A DNA stretch of 64,000 nt from Cystobasidiomycetes sp. EMM_F5 (GCA_051047955.1 JBPGPT010000008.1:1-64000), one strand, 5' to 3'. Positions 37,998 to 51,733 are shown, counted from the first letter of the stretch. Numbers and translations: made by a program. The notes: generated from the letters alone by a model not told the origin.

Positions 37998-39126
37998 TCA
38001 CGGCTTGGTCTTGCTCTGTGCTTGACTGAGTATGCGCAGTCCCTGCCTTCCGCCTACGTATGATAGGCCGGACCAGATCGTCGTACCGGCGACGGTGACT
38101 CTGAAAATATTGCGAGCAGGTCAGCGGGGAGGAGGACACATCAAAGCACTTGCTCATACTGTAGAGCCGTCAAACCAAGGCCGAGATCAAATGGCAGTAG
38201 AGGCGATACTGTAGTTACGCCCATAAGGACAAGCTGCAGAAACGTGTTGTACTAGACATTCGCATCGATAGCATCAGACAAGGTCTGCGCAACGTCGTGT
38301 CTGGCACATCGAACTCACCTTGCTGATTTGCGTAGGCTTGACTTCAGCTGACGGAATGGAAAAGTCCCAATACCGCTTGAACGTTTTCTGCAAATGGCAA
38401 CGCCTGCTTCAGCGCCTATGATTGATAGCCATATCCTGTACATTCACGTACAGGTTTCGGTAGTGAGATGTATCGAAAGTAGAATGCGGAAATCGATAAA
38501 GCGACGTCGCGTCCGATAATCAGGATTGCTAGAGGCACTGTTGATGAGTCCGGTTAGATAAGCCATGTAGGCTGCAAGTATTATCTCGGTAAATACACCT
38601 ACACGGAAGCAGACCATTGATAGCGAGAGCAACAGTCAATGTGGTCATTAGAAACTTATCCGCAGCTGGGTCTAGGATGCTGCCAAAGACGGTGCCCATG
38701 TTATGACGTCGAGCAAGATAGCCGTCAATCTACGAAGAAAGCGAGTCAGCCACGCCATTGCAGTGGTTTGAGATAATTCACCCAGTCTGTAGCTCCAGCA
38801 TATACGAGTAAGCCAGTCGCCATTTTAAAGTCACCTTGGACAATCGCATAACCGAGAAATGGGCATGCGACGATACGCGATACAGTCAAGAGGTTTGGGA
38901 TGGTGTATATATTTTCGCGCGGTTCAGGTTTGGGGACGGGACTTTTTGCCGCTTCCTCCTGCTTTGGCGGGCTTGCATGGTGTTGTGCGAGTTCCTTGCC
39001 ATCGTTCTTGGCCGTTGCCGTCTTGACGAAATTCCGGGTTGCGCATCTGAACGCAAGCGGCGAACACTGGCTTACTCGCTGCTGAGGTCGGAGATGAAGT
39101 GCTGCACCACGCCGCAGAGCAAACAT
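37998..39126 (-). CDS. CRD1: Cardiolipin synthase
   Basis: ENIYTIPNLLTVSRI; CDP-alcohol phosphotransferase motif TDWIDGYLARR...GSILDPAADK; IIGRDV; EVKPTQISKYNT. Confidence 0.95.
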
Positions 39127-39277
39127 GTTTGATGGTCATGCAATAGAACTCGAAGAGCCTTTGAAAGTTGCTTATTGCGAAGAAACTTGTTATTTAGGAC
39201 AACAAGTAGCACTCGAGGACGCAGAACAGTGTGTACCGGCTCTACAGATAATCAATGCTTTTCCGTGCTCGCTTTGT

Positions 39278-41550
39278 CTATACGGCGTGATGCTGAACCT
39301 TCCAGGTCTTGACCGCAGCATCCGCACCTGCACTTACGACGGTATTCTCATCTAGAAAGCCTACTCCTCCTACACCGCCTGCGTGCGCATTCTTGATGGC
39401 AATATTCCTGAGCGGCTTGACGATATTCCAGACATAGGTGTTCGTGTCGAGCGAGCCAGAGACGGCTCGCTTTGATGATAGCGACCATGCAATACTGGAG
39501 ATCTTGGCGGTATGGAAAGCCCATGCCGCAGTCTGCACCTCTCCCGAGGGCACCTTGTAGACCACTATCTTGCCGTTCGCATCGCCCGCAGCAAGAAATC
39601 CTGCGTCGGGGGAAAAGGCAAGAGCTGTAATGGTTCCGCGATTCTTTTCCAGTACCGGTACAGTGTGCGGCTTCTGGGATGAAGTAGTATATAGGTATAT
39701 CTTCCCGTCCTAGTAGAGTCACAGTGTTGGCAATCAGTCAGTCTCAAAAAAGCCGCGACATTTTGGGTAAGGAAGACCTACGGTCCCGCCGACGGCCAAC
39801 AATCCCGCAGCCGAAACTGCCACACTCTGTGGTTGATATGTACCTTTAATGCTCGCCGTCTGCTTGCCTCCCTGTAGAACCTGAACTTCCGAAGGATTGG
39901 CCACGTATTGCGTATTCTGGCCGTCAACTGCTAAAGCCGTGGGTTGACCTGTGGTCGGCGTAGAACTTGCGCTGCAAGAAGTCCGTACGCGTAAGTCTTA
40001 CGCTCTCTTCATAAAAGTGTTTGACCAACCCGAATTGACATTCTGATGTCTCGATAATCCTTACGGAATCATCCATGCCTGCGGTGTACATTTCGCTTCG
40101 GTCTGACGTTGACAAAGCCACAATCGAATTGCTATGACCAGCGCCTGTAACTGGTTTGCATGTCGCATGTGTCTCGCTGAATGTGAATGAGTTGACCTTG
40201 CCATCGTAAGAGCCAGAGAAGAATGTCGGACTGTCAGGGATTTTCCCTGAAAGCGCGACAATTGCCTTCTGATCTGTTGACCTCACGAGATCAGTCAAAA
40301 CTCCATGTATGGCCTGTTAATACTCACGTCCATATATTATTCTCGTCGGGGCGTTGCCAGTCCGCTTGTCGAAGACATTGAGTTCTCCATTGAGCGATGC
40401 GCTGATAATCTCTCCACTTGCGCTCGGCGACCAGACCACTCCGACTTGTTGATTCTCGACAGCATCATCAAATGACCACGTCTGTACTACAGATTGTTTC
40501 TCCACATCCCACACCTAAAGTGTCGTCAGCATTCCTTAATACTTCCATCAAAGTGTAACGAAGTTACCTTGACGGTCCGATCAGAACCGCTCGTGACAAG
40601 ATTACTGGAGTCTCTTTCCCAGGAGACAGCAAAAATGCCACCTTTATGTCCGCCTTTCTCCGTTGAAGACATTGATGAGACGAAATTGGCGTCCGGGCCA
40701 GTGTATAATAATAGCTTGCTGTCTGCTCCAACTGAGGCAAAATGCTCGCCGTTGGGACTAAAGGCGACATCATGGACGAATCCTGTATGATCTGTCAAGG
40801 ATTTGGCGTATTTGTAGGGTGCTAACGGTGATAACACAATTAGCGGGATCCAAGACACGAGGAAGACAGCATACCGCCATGTGAGAATATAAGGGTCCGG
40901 TCGTCGCCTCCTGTGACCGCTCGGAAGGGTCGTTGTTGTCGTACGGCTACAGCGTTAATGACTTTGGAATGTCCCGACTGTGATGTGGAAGTCAGTAACC
41001 CTGGTTGTCATATACTGGCTCAGGATGTATCTGACCATTTCTCCAACGGAAGACCCAGAATCGAACATGAAAGCGTGCGCAAACCTCTCGCGGCCGTCAC
41101 CGCCGACAATGATACGTTTGCTTTCCGCATCCCATCCAAGCGCTCGAATGGGCCCGCCGAGCGCCTTGACTTCGCTTTTCAGGATCTGATCTTCCCCGGC
41201 GATGTCCCACACTCGGACCGTGCCAGTGACGTCTGCGGATGCGACGTAGAATCCTGACGGTGATACTTGTGCTACAGTCGTGTCTCGAGCGTGTCCGGAG
41301 TATCCAATACTTGGACCGGTCCCAGATATCGACCGCAGGAAGACTGAGCGCGAATTGCAGTAAACCAGACGCTCGCCCTTACTATACGAAGGATTTGGTG
41401 GAGAGAACAGCAGGTATTTTCATAGACATCAGCGTTATTCTGTTAGTGTGCCGAGCCCATGACAGCATACGGGTCGGTGGACAGCTTGACGGGAGTCCCG
41501 CGAGTTGTGCTAGGCAGCGGTGGAGTGAGCGAAAGTTTCGAGTACGACAT
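39278..41550 (-). CDS. AIP1: Actin-interacting protein 1 (Aip1/WDR1)
   Basis: PSTTRGTPVKL start, WDAESKRII.GGDGRERF, FMFDSGSSVGE, HTGFVHDVAFSP, SGSLDTN.YVW; double WD40 propeller. Confidence 0.95.
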
Positions 41551-41716
41551 TATGCAGAAGGCTGAGCAGCTCGCCGGGAGCGCTGGTAGGTATGAATGTG
41601 AGCAAGTGGCGGCAATATTGGCCAGCGAGGTCGTCGAATTGGCAAAGTGCGAGTGCTTTTCAGACTGCACAGGCAACGGTGTCTTATATGTATTTCACAT
41701 ATATGTATTCAAATCT

Positions 41717-43093
41717 TTACGGACGCAGTTCGCGAGTGAACCAGCTCTCAAAGCTCTCACCCTCCGATACATCAACGCCGAGCTGTGCAATTACTTTTGT
41801 AGACAGATGGCAATCCCGTGGGCGACGGGTCTCGCCCGGCAGATTACCTTGCCGCACTGGCACCAAGAAGTCTGTGTCACTGATGCCCAGTACTTTTGCG
41901 TAGAAATGGGAGATTTCGAATTTGGTCCACACTTTGCTCTGCGAGGAGAAGTGCAAAATCTGCGGGAGGTTGTCATTGTTCGAGTTTGAATCTATGAGAC
42001 GTAGGAGTCCTGTGCTCAGCTCCGCTCGCGACTGAGTATCAACATGCACATACATAAATTACCGATGTCGAGCAGGACGCGAGCTACATCTTGCACGTTG
42101 GTCGGGTAGCGAGTCGACCAATCATCCATCTTGACTGTCTTTTGACCCTTGACGACATCTACAAGTATGTTGATTGCCGATTCACTGTTTGTTAGAACAG
42201 GACCGTACCTAAAGCGCGGTGATTAATCCATTTGTCCAAGAGCACAGCGGGCTGCAATGTCACATACAAGACAGGCACGCGTAGTACCACGGCTTTTCCT
42301 TGCTTTCCATGTGCCAGAATCTCTTGTTCCCCGGCCAATTTTGTTTCTCCATATCTGCTCAAACCTTTCGTCAGATCTAGATGTGGGCCACAGCAGATGG
42401 CACTCACAGCTGAAGGGGCTCGGTAGAGTCTGAAGGCTCATATCCATTCTCCGGAGCGTCTCCAGGAAAGACGTAGTCCGTGCTATTGGGTCGATTCAGC
42501 GTGGTCCGAGGACACTATGGGCTCATGCACACCTGATATAGATCAGGACGCCTCCATGCTTTTTGCAAGCTTGGGCAATGTTACGAGGGACCTCTACGTT
42601 GAGCCTGCGTGCAGCTTCCGGGTCCTTCTCCGCTACGTCCTGACCGAGAATATGACCAGTCTGACCATTGTTCAGGCTGTGGAGCTATTTATGCATACTG
42701 ACCGGTCGACGTTCAGCAGCAGCATGGATCCTGTCCAAACTCGTCAGCGAGACATAGGTCAAGTAAGATGTTTACTTCACTCACACAACATCCGGCTTGA
42801 AGTTCTCACAGAGGTCATCGAAGGCATTCGCGTCGTGCAAGTCCAGCTTCACAAGGTCTCCGGAGGATCTTGAAAACGCAAGTCCTTTCACTGTACATCG
42901 TCCGACGTTAGTATTAATGACGCTTTCGCTTCTTCGATCTGCTTTCAATGTACCATCATGTTTATCGGCTTTCGCTTTCGCGTAAATAGCACGACCGAGC
43001 AATCCTGGCAGTCCAGCCGGTCTGTAAGTGATAGGTCTGGCGAGCACATTGTAATCAATGCGCACCAGACGCGCCGGTAACGACGACTTTCAT
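41717..43093 (-). CDS. MAT2B: MAT II beta subunit-like / RmlD-family NAD(P)-binding protein
   Basis: MKVVVTGASGLLGRA, HAAAERRPDVAE, ISTDYVF, YGETKLAGE, LRVPVLYG, RYPTNVQDVARVL, RPRDCHLST. Confidence 0.85.
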
Positions 43094-43616
43094 GACGTGT
43101 TGTAATGCTGAGAAGCAGTCAGAATCCCACTCAGGTCAACGATGCGCGCAAAGTTACAAAAATCGCACAAAACGCGCTCAATGCCATGGCAAGAAGAAGA
43201 TCATCTCTGGCGAATTCGGCTTCATTCCTCCAGCGGACTATTGCGCTATTACATTATTTTGAGCGAGACATTTCTTACGACACGGCTCTCTTTTCCCTGC
43301 CAGGCGGACTATCAATCTGCTTGCGATATCTTTATGCCAGCGATGAACTACGTTTTGCTACTCTGAAGAGTGCACGAATTAGATTGCACGCGAAATGCGA
43401 ACTGCAGCGAAGAATGCAAACGATTTTTTGCGGTTTATGCGAGGCGTCAAATGACAAGGACAAACGAGGTGACGCATGTTTGCTGGGTGAACTTAGGTAT
43501 TGCTGGATGCGAATGACGGCATTCAAAAAGATGACCCCATAAACTGACTTCCAGCTCGAGATGGCTTGGAAGCGACGACGAAGTTCAAAAGTAGGTCCTC
43601 GACAGATGGAACTTGT

Positions 43617-46600
43617 TCAGAATCCGGTGGCCTTTTGAGGACGAGGCCTGAAGGGATCAGGTGGCCAAACGCTGTCGTCCAGGGGCGACCCGTAAATGCC
43701 AGTTTCTGCTTGCTGCTCTTGCTGCGCTCGCCTCGAGCAGTAGGCACATGCAGCCGTAATGGTTTGGCAGTTGCCCTCGCATTGCTCGTCGCCTAAGGTC
43801 AGACAGTCATCGACCGTTGAGGGCGACAGCCAGCTCGATGTCGTAGTTACCGACGACATGGAGCCATTGCGCTCAAAGAGGGAAGCGGCAGGAGAGACCA
43901 TGCTGTAGGTCGATGCAGAGGACGCCGAGTTGGGTAAATTGGATTCGGACGAGGCATTGAGAGCGTTTGCTCGAAGTGGATCGATCGACTTTAGCCTCGG
44001 CATGCGGTGAGGTGGTAGTCGAGACAGAAACCCTCGACTGACCGGCAGCGATGGCGAGGCGAGCACTGGTCGAACATCTCTCACGGGAGTGGAAGCTGGC
44101 GTTCTCGATGTTGGTGTAGTCTGGCTAGAGGAGCGTCTCGACATGGGAGCCGGGCCAGCGGGGGGTGTGGACGCAGTGGCAGTCTCGCCTTCAGCAACGA
44201 CTTTGTCCCATACAGCCCTACCCTCCCTGCAATAGTCTGCAAACCGTATAAAAGCTGGCTGCACGCTAGCGACCGCATCGAAGAGCGGCTGCGTAAAGAG
44301 GTTGATGAAGCCAACTTGACTTTTTGCTTGAGCGACTTTTTCTCTCGGATCGAGAATGATGACGGATATAGGTAATTTGAATTGAGCTTCAATTTTGGCT
44401 TGAACGGCCCACTCTTCTAGAAGTGCCGTAGACCATTGCCGAGCTACGTGATGTGGTCGAGTAGGATTGCTGATATCACCGCACTTCATCAGACCGGAAC
44501 AGATGAGCAATCGATCCTCTGCAACGCGGTCGGAAACAAAGTTGGAAGCCTTCAGTCTGGATCCCAGCTCGTTCAGTTGGCTGACAATGGCGAAATGACG
44601 AGACATGTCTGTCGCAAGTACCGCTGCGAGCATGACTTGACGGAAGTCTGTTTACACTTTAATCAGTACATTGACGAGTTGCCTCACAAGCTGAATTGCA
44701 CTAACCGGTACCGCTCGTGTCGGCCTCGAGGAGCCATGTAAAGCCATGCAATTTGAGCATGCGGGCAAGGGTAACACTGTGAAAGTTTTCCAAGACAGAT
44801 TTGTCCTGATAGACTTGAGCAGCCGGAGTCCGGGCATTCACCTGAGGTCGTGAGGTTGTCAGCATAGTGCAAGCTAAAGCTACGAGTTTAACCATCCCCT
44901 TACCATGTACGCGTTGCTCAAGCCAGGATGTCCAACATCGTGACCAATGGCAGCTACAAGAAGAGCAAAGACGTCCATCGGTCGCATAATATCTCCAATC
45001 CTGCCAGGCTCGTTGACCGCTGAAGCGCGCTTCCACTTCCCAGTGCCGGCCGACGAGTCGAGCAATGTCTGTAGGGGAGGTGCGATGCCCAGCTCGACGA
45101 GGAAGGCGTAAATGGCTTGCAGTACGTCTGTAGCATGTGAAAAGTTATGATATGCATTCCGTGAGTGGTATGCTGATCTCAAAGAAATGACGAGGGAACG
45201 TAGTCGAGCTATTTGGGTGGGGTTGAGATTAGTACGCGCATCATGCAAAGCGACAGTCTTAGCACGCACTCATTTCGATGCTCTCATCGATACCCTGCAT
45301 CTGGAGCACACACTCAAAGACCATGCAAGCGCACTCGCATAATTCGTCCTGGTCTAGCTCGTGGCTGTTGAAGGACCATGAAGCCATCATGTGAATGAGC
45401 TCGTTGCGGCGTGCAGGTGTGATGACTACTATGCAGGGCGCTGTAGATCGTCTTCGTCCTAGCTGAGGCGTCGATGGTATCGAATTCGATTCGGCAGGTC
45501 TGTTGGTATGGGGCTTGTTTGACATGGTCTGAGCTGCAACGCTCGAAAGAGCAGAGGAAGTGCTGGACGGGTGGGAAGTATCATCGTCGACCTCTGAAGA
45601 GAGTGATGATCGCGGCGAACAGTTTGTCGTCGAAGCCGAGTAGTCTGTCTCATTCTCGTAGGGATGTTCCTGTATTCCTGCAGAACAAAGGGAGAGGGAG
45701 TGAGACAGGATGGATGTGAGATGCTGAGCAAAGCTGAACGAGAATACATGTAAGCTTTCACCATGCGCGGTGAAAATACACAAACACTGACAGCGAGTCT
45801 CTGCTGCGATGGTGATAGTCTGCCCTTCTCGCCCGAAGCTGATCTGGCGGAACAAACGAGGCGTCCTTGTGGGAAGTCCTTCCGCTACGTTCGTGACCTC
45901 TGGCGTTTCCGAGCATTCCAACGTCTACAGATCTGCGCCTGCGCTCGCGTGCAGACAGCGACGAAGGCATGTCGTTTAAGTTGCCGACTGGCGCCGTCGG
46001 AGAACAAGGGGGTGACTGTGCGCCCCAGAGCGGCGAGGCGTGACCGTTATAGTCGTTGTTGGACGGAGTGTTGGACGAGAATGGGCTGAATGGTAGAGTA
46101 CTGCCTTGTGCAGTGTACGCTGCGGAAAGCGCAGCTCTCGGCGAAAGCGGCAGTCGTGCCCAATCTGCGGGCGGATTCGAGGTGTTTGCGGGATACTGCG
46201 AACGGGTGTGTTTGACAACACCGTCGTCGTTTGTATTTGCGACACTGCACTGCTTGCGGAATGCGACTTCAAACGGGGTGAGGGGCGTCGCGCAGTCTGG
46301 GGTCAGCGGACCTGGGCTCGACAGGGACGCCGGGCTGAAGAGGGAGCTGGCGGTGGACGAGAGGGACGTGTAGGATATGCTGCTGGTTATGGTGTTGCTC
46401 GTGTACAGCGGCGGGGAGAGGGGTGCACTCGGGACTGCCGCAAACGGCGATGTAAATGTAATCTTTGCTCTGCCATTCGCGGGGTGGGATCTCGAAGAGT
46501 ACGATGGAGGCAGTGCGAGACTGTCGTTGTTGATAATGCACTCTTTCCGCTGCAATTGCCCAATATCCCCGTGGTGATCCTGCTGCCACGAGGTGCTGCT

Positions 46601-46771
46601 GAGATCGCCCTGCCACGAGGGCCGTCTGAGACTGCCGGCCGTTTGAGAGGGACTCGGCCAGCTGGTAGCGAGTGAGCTCGAGGACTGCGCCGGTATGGCT
46701 ACTGGGAGCGATGCATGGTGAGGATGGTCAGTCGCAGCGTTGACGGTATGGCTATGGCTGCTGCTGGCCAT
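43617..46771 (-). CDS. PDE2: Class I (high-affinity) cAMP phosphodiesterase
   Basis: NAYHNFSHATDVLQ, AAIGHDVGHPGLSN, SVLENFH, LATDMSRH, KCGDISNP, Q.GFI; long disordered termini. Confidence 0.93.
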
Positions 46772-48672
46772 GGCGGAGGATGATCGAAGTTTGGTTTCAA
46801 AGATCAAAGACCCCAGCCAGGACTTGGAAGCGCGTCAAGCTGCTCAGTCGCAGTATTCCCAGTCAGTGTCGTGTCGCTGCACTGTCAAGCAAGCGTCTGC
46901 CCGACTACCGCTGCCCTTGAAGCTCGGTCGTCGCTTCTCCCTTGCACCCTTTTACGGTGACGCCCTTTGAACCTTTTTGTTTCGCCAGGTCTGGTCTTTC
47001 CCTTTTCGGAGGGTTAATCTATTGCGACACGCACCTCTTGCTCGCGTGGTAGCAAACAGTCAACTGCTAATGGCAGAGGTTAATGCGCGCTAGCGGGGTG
47101 GACACTGGTCGAGTTGCTGCTTTGAGCGGTGAGCAGGTAGTATCACGACTCGATACCCGCTCCACGCCTCGGGGGGTGGAACGATGAGGAGGACGAGTGC
47201 TGGATCCGGAGTGTACGGCGAGTTGTAGGTGCGGGAGGTGGTTCCGTGTTTTTGCGTCGGACAGCTGGATGATACGATAGCTGGCGTAAATGTCGTGGTG
47301 GAAGAACAGCGACGCCCCGCTGGATGGGAGTCACTGAACGAGAAGCTGTCCGAGGCGGACGCTGCGAGACTATTGAAACTGGATTACGTATGCTTCAACG
47401 CACAGACGCCTCTTTGTTGCCCTTTTGCAGTCTGCCAAACGACCGCTCTGAAGCGTTCGGAGGCCTTCTTGACCCAAATCCGACCAAACTTGACGCAACT
47501 TGAAACAGTGCCCAGGTGCGATTGTGCGGCGAATGGTTTGACTTTGATACCTTTGATGCTGATTCTTCTGATGCCGGTTCTCGAGTTCGTTGACAGCACT
47601 ATATATTGACGGCACGGCTGATGCGTGTGGGGCTAATTTGGTGAAGCTGACGAGTGAACAGTCCCTGTAAGCTGACGAACTACTTCGCACATCAGCTCCG
47701 GGCTACGTTGATCACCTCTCCCTCCCTACCTTTCTCGCGGGCGATGGAATATTGGACGACAACCTGCGTTTTCGACAAGCGCCAATTGAAGGCTGTCGAG
47801 ATGAGAAGGCAGAGAATGGCTCGGTTGCAAACACTACACGACTGACGTCCTGTTGGCAAGTGTGTACAGTGGCTCAAGCTCACATAAACTCAGACTGGCC
47901 AGGCACTTTTTGCTCTCTAGGTTCGTCCCCTCCCAAACAAGCGGGTTTCATATACGAGTAAACAAGCGTAATGTCGGTATCTAATGATGGACTTTGAGGC
48001 TTCATATGCCCCTATGACGCTGCTCGGTCTGACACGCAACGCTGCAGCATTTTGTGAATGTGCAGACTGACGTGTCACTGCGCACTTTACAAGCGCTGCG
48101 CACTGAGATTGAACTTCAAATAATCAGCTGCAGCCTATCGTCTCATTACGTATAATGAGTCAATAATTCGGTTTGTCTAATTGCACAACAACCCGCTGCG
48201 TATACCTACAAGCTTTCGGAACCTACCACAACCTTACGACCGGGAATCAAGCTAGGCTGCATTCATATTCCATAATCCTAAATGCAGAGTTTGGGCTGCG
48301 CTTACTCGTAGTGCAGATAATTGATTGCATTATCGACTGCTGTTGCCTGTTGCGGCCACCCAATTCAGGCACAAACCAAGATGCTCTATATGGCGACCTT
48401 CGAGGCTTTCTGGTCAGTAGCCAAGCTTCAGCCTTTGAGGTCTGTCACCAAGTGTAACCTTCGCAGGTGGATGCTGCCTCCCTGTGACATCTTGGTGGTA
48501 TCGCAGTCATTGCCTTCGGGGGCCGGACTCCGACATATCGAAATCTGCACGTGACCTTGTAGACCTAAGTTTCATTGCAGAGCCTGTTGTCATTGAAGGC
48601 GTCCTCTTGCAGGGAAGGCCTCATGGGTGCACAATGCGGACAGCGTTCCCGGTAGAAGATGCCCTGACCACC

Positions 48673-49418
48673 TCAGAAGTCATGAGAGGCGCGCCGCCCA
48701 GCCTTCTTGTCGTGAAGACGTTGTTTTTGCACTTTTGTTCTGGTTCGGTCTGCTTGGATCAGTTTCTTGACGTGCTCACTCTTGTCGTGCGGTGTTTCGC
48801 CGTGGAGCCCTGCGGGCGTGCTGCAGATGAGAATCGAAGCACAAAATGGGCACGTCAGGTCTTACCTTTCGAGCACGCATCTACTATGACATTCTGAAGT
48901 CTGCGGTGGGAAGCGATGAATCAGCAGGGGGCAACGAAGTGTAGTAGTATTGCATGCGCATACTTGGACAGCACATCCTCTGCGTTTGAAGCTTGGGTAC
49001 GGTTCTTTATGGATGACAGTATAATAGAGTGGGATGATTGTGCATAGTGCGGCTGGTGCATCACATTACATCCACCAATAGCCGTCAGCTTCAGGACTCT
49101 TAGACTGCGACAGAATTACATCAGGCTTGCAGAATGTATGATATTCGAAATGACGTGAGAGTGGAGCCACGAGGACGCCTTGTCGATATCGAGCCGGACC
49201 GTCGCTTTCGTGTTTACTTTGTTTACATTCTGACCTCCAGGACCAGAAGACCGTGAATAGGTCATTTGGCACTGCTCGCGTCTTTGTGGGTGTCTAATTC
49301 CCCCGCTTTCGTTGAAGGAGGCCAGCCAGCTCCGGACTTCGCTCGACTCTGCGGCCGTCAGAGCAGATGGCCCTTGCAGCTGACGGACAGCAGCATACAT
49401 CGCAATACTTCGTTGCAT
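48673..49418 (-). CDS. PTH4: Mitochondrial peptidyl-tRNA hydrolase, GGQ release-factor-like (ICT1/Pth4 type)
   Basis: YSRSSGPGGQNVNKVNTKATVRL, RTQASN, basic C-terminus KKAGRR. Confidence 0.85.
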
Positions 49419-49539
49419 TTTGTAGTGCGAGAAAGCTTTACATGCACAATGTCAGCACATTGAGCAAGGCAATCGAAGTCATCCGGCTGCGGGTTTTACA
49501 ATTGACAATACCATCCCAATACTGCCAACAACCTGTAAT

Positions 49540-51733
49540 ATGGCTCGCGATAGGAGCAGGTCGCGCTCACTCGACCGGCGCTACGGTCGGTCGTCTCGTC
49601 GTGACGATGACCGCGAACGGGTACGACATGGTGATAGCGAGAAACGCAGTCGCAGCTATCGCGACGATGACAGAGAGCGAGATAGACGGCGAGACGGAGA
49701 CAGAGACTCTGAAGATGAGGACCGCAGAGCTCGGAAGCGCGAAAAGGAGAGACGGCGAGACAGGGAAACGTCGACTGAGCGTCGGTCTCGCAAAAAAGCA
49801 AAGCGGTCCAAAGAGGACGAGGCGTTGCAGATAGCGTCCGAGGAGCAACGTCGAGCGGCAGCCGAGCTGAGCATGTACTCTGCCGTCGACAATCCCTTTC
49901 ACGACGCTAATTTGACCGACCAATTCGTCTGGGGCAAGAAGCGAGACAAGGAGAAGAAGGAGGGCATGTCGACTGACGAAGCGCAGAGGCGTGATATATC
50001 TCGTCGTCAGGAGGCAAAAGAAGAGCTAGAGCGGCTAAACAAACGCAGAGCAGACCGTGAAGCCGAGATGGAATTGCGAGAGGAGGAGTCACTTCGTATG
50101 GCCAGAATGGCAGAGAGCGCGCAAATGGAGGCATGGCACGCAAAGGAAGATGACTTCCTTCTCGACCAATCTAGGCGGCGCGCGGAGATCCGTACAAGAG
50201 AAGGACGAGCAAAGCCTATCGATCTACTGGCTCTCAATCTGAAGTGGAGCAAACCGTACAATCCCGAGGCGAATGAGAACGGCAATGATCAAGAGGAAGA
50301 TGAGGGAGAAGGGCTGGACGTCGACTTGGAGGAACCGTATCTCATCTTTGATGTAGGTGCAATGACTTGAAAATGCTACGGACGGATGCTAACGTCAGGT
50401 GTATATACGCAGAACCTGACACTGGAAGACACAGAAGAGTTGTACGACGACATTACGATGCATCTCAGTCTGGAAAAGTCCGAGAGCAACCTCGAATTTT
50501 GGCGAGCTATGATGGTCGTGTGCTCAGCCGCGTTGGAGATATTGCGTACAGAAAGATCAATAGGCCGTCAAGCCTTCTTGGAGCAGAATCGTGCCAATGA
50601 AGCAGTCAAGAATGACATTACAAATCTGCTCAAGGGCAAAACTCTGGCAGAACTACGACAATTGCAAGATTCCATCCGAGGCAAGCTGTCTTCTGGTGAC
50701 CCAATTGATGTAGAATACTGGGAAGGTCTCTTGAAGGAACTGGCAGTGTGGATGGCAAAGGTGAGATCGAGCCCAAAAGAATACTGCCTGTCGCGACTCC
50801 TGACTCGTGTCTGGCAGGCCAAACTACGAGCGATGCACGAAGTTGTGTTATGGAACAGGTTGGAGCACCTGCGACGCCGGCAGCGCGATGAGGCCGTTCG
50901 CGTGCAGAACGAGCTGGCGAATGTTGTTCAAGACGAAGAGGAAGACGAACAAGCTGCAGCTGCTCCCAGTGCCGCTGCCGAGGGCGATGATGACGCCTCC
51001 AAGCAAGAAGCTTGGAGCGACAGGATGGCTCCCAAGCTCGTTGCGCGTATTCCCATGGAGGATCAGAAGCTACAGTTGCTGGACCCACGGGAAGACCTAG
51101 AGAATCTGGTAAGACACAAGAACATCGAAAGCTTCCTCCGAATGACTGACTTTGCTTTCCACACAGATTGCTGCCCGACGCATAGTTGCTCGAGCTCGTT
51201 TCGTGCCTAGGAAGAACAAGGCTGCTGCACTAGCAGCAGTAGGAGAATCGACAGACGCGGCAGATGCTCTCGTCAAAGCTGAAGCAGACAAGGGCCTGGA
51301 CGAGGACGAGGAGATCTTCGAGGAGCAATCGATTGCCCAAAACCAGTCGTACAGCTGGCAGGACAAGTACCGACCGCGAAAGCCGCGCTATTTCAACAAA
51401 GTCATCACTGGCTTTGAGTGGAACAAGTACAATCAAACGCACTACGACATTGACAACCCACCTCCTAAGGTGGTGCAGTCTTACCGATTTACTATATTTT
51501 GCCCTGATTTGGTCGATCCAACCAAAGCTCCGACGTACAAGGTCATTCGCGACAAGAACAACGAGGAGACGTGCATATTACACTTCCGGATTGGACCTCC
51601 TTACGAAGACCTGGCCTTTACTATTGTCAATAAGGAGTGGGAGTATTCGCACAAGAAGGGCTTCAAAAGCACTTTTGACCGGGGCGTTCTGCAGCTGCAC
51701 TTCAATTTCAAGCGCACCTTCTACCGCAAGTAG
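49540..51733 (+). CDS. CACTIN: Splicing factor cactin
   Basis: RS/RD-rich N-terminus; DNPFHDANL..QFVW; GRAKPIDLL; DKYRPRKPRYFN...WNKYNQTHYD..NPPPKVV; GPPYEDLAF. Confidence 0.96.

Noticed and set aside
41459..41989. 176-aa plus-strand ORF
   Set aside because: Spans the antisense of the AIP1 start and MAT2B end; no homology recognised.
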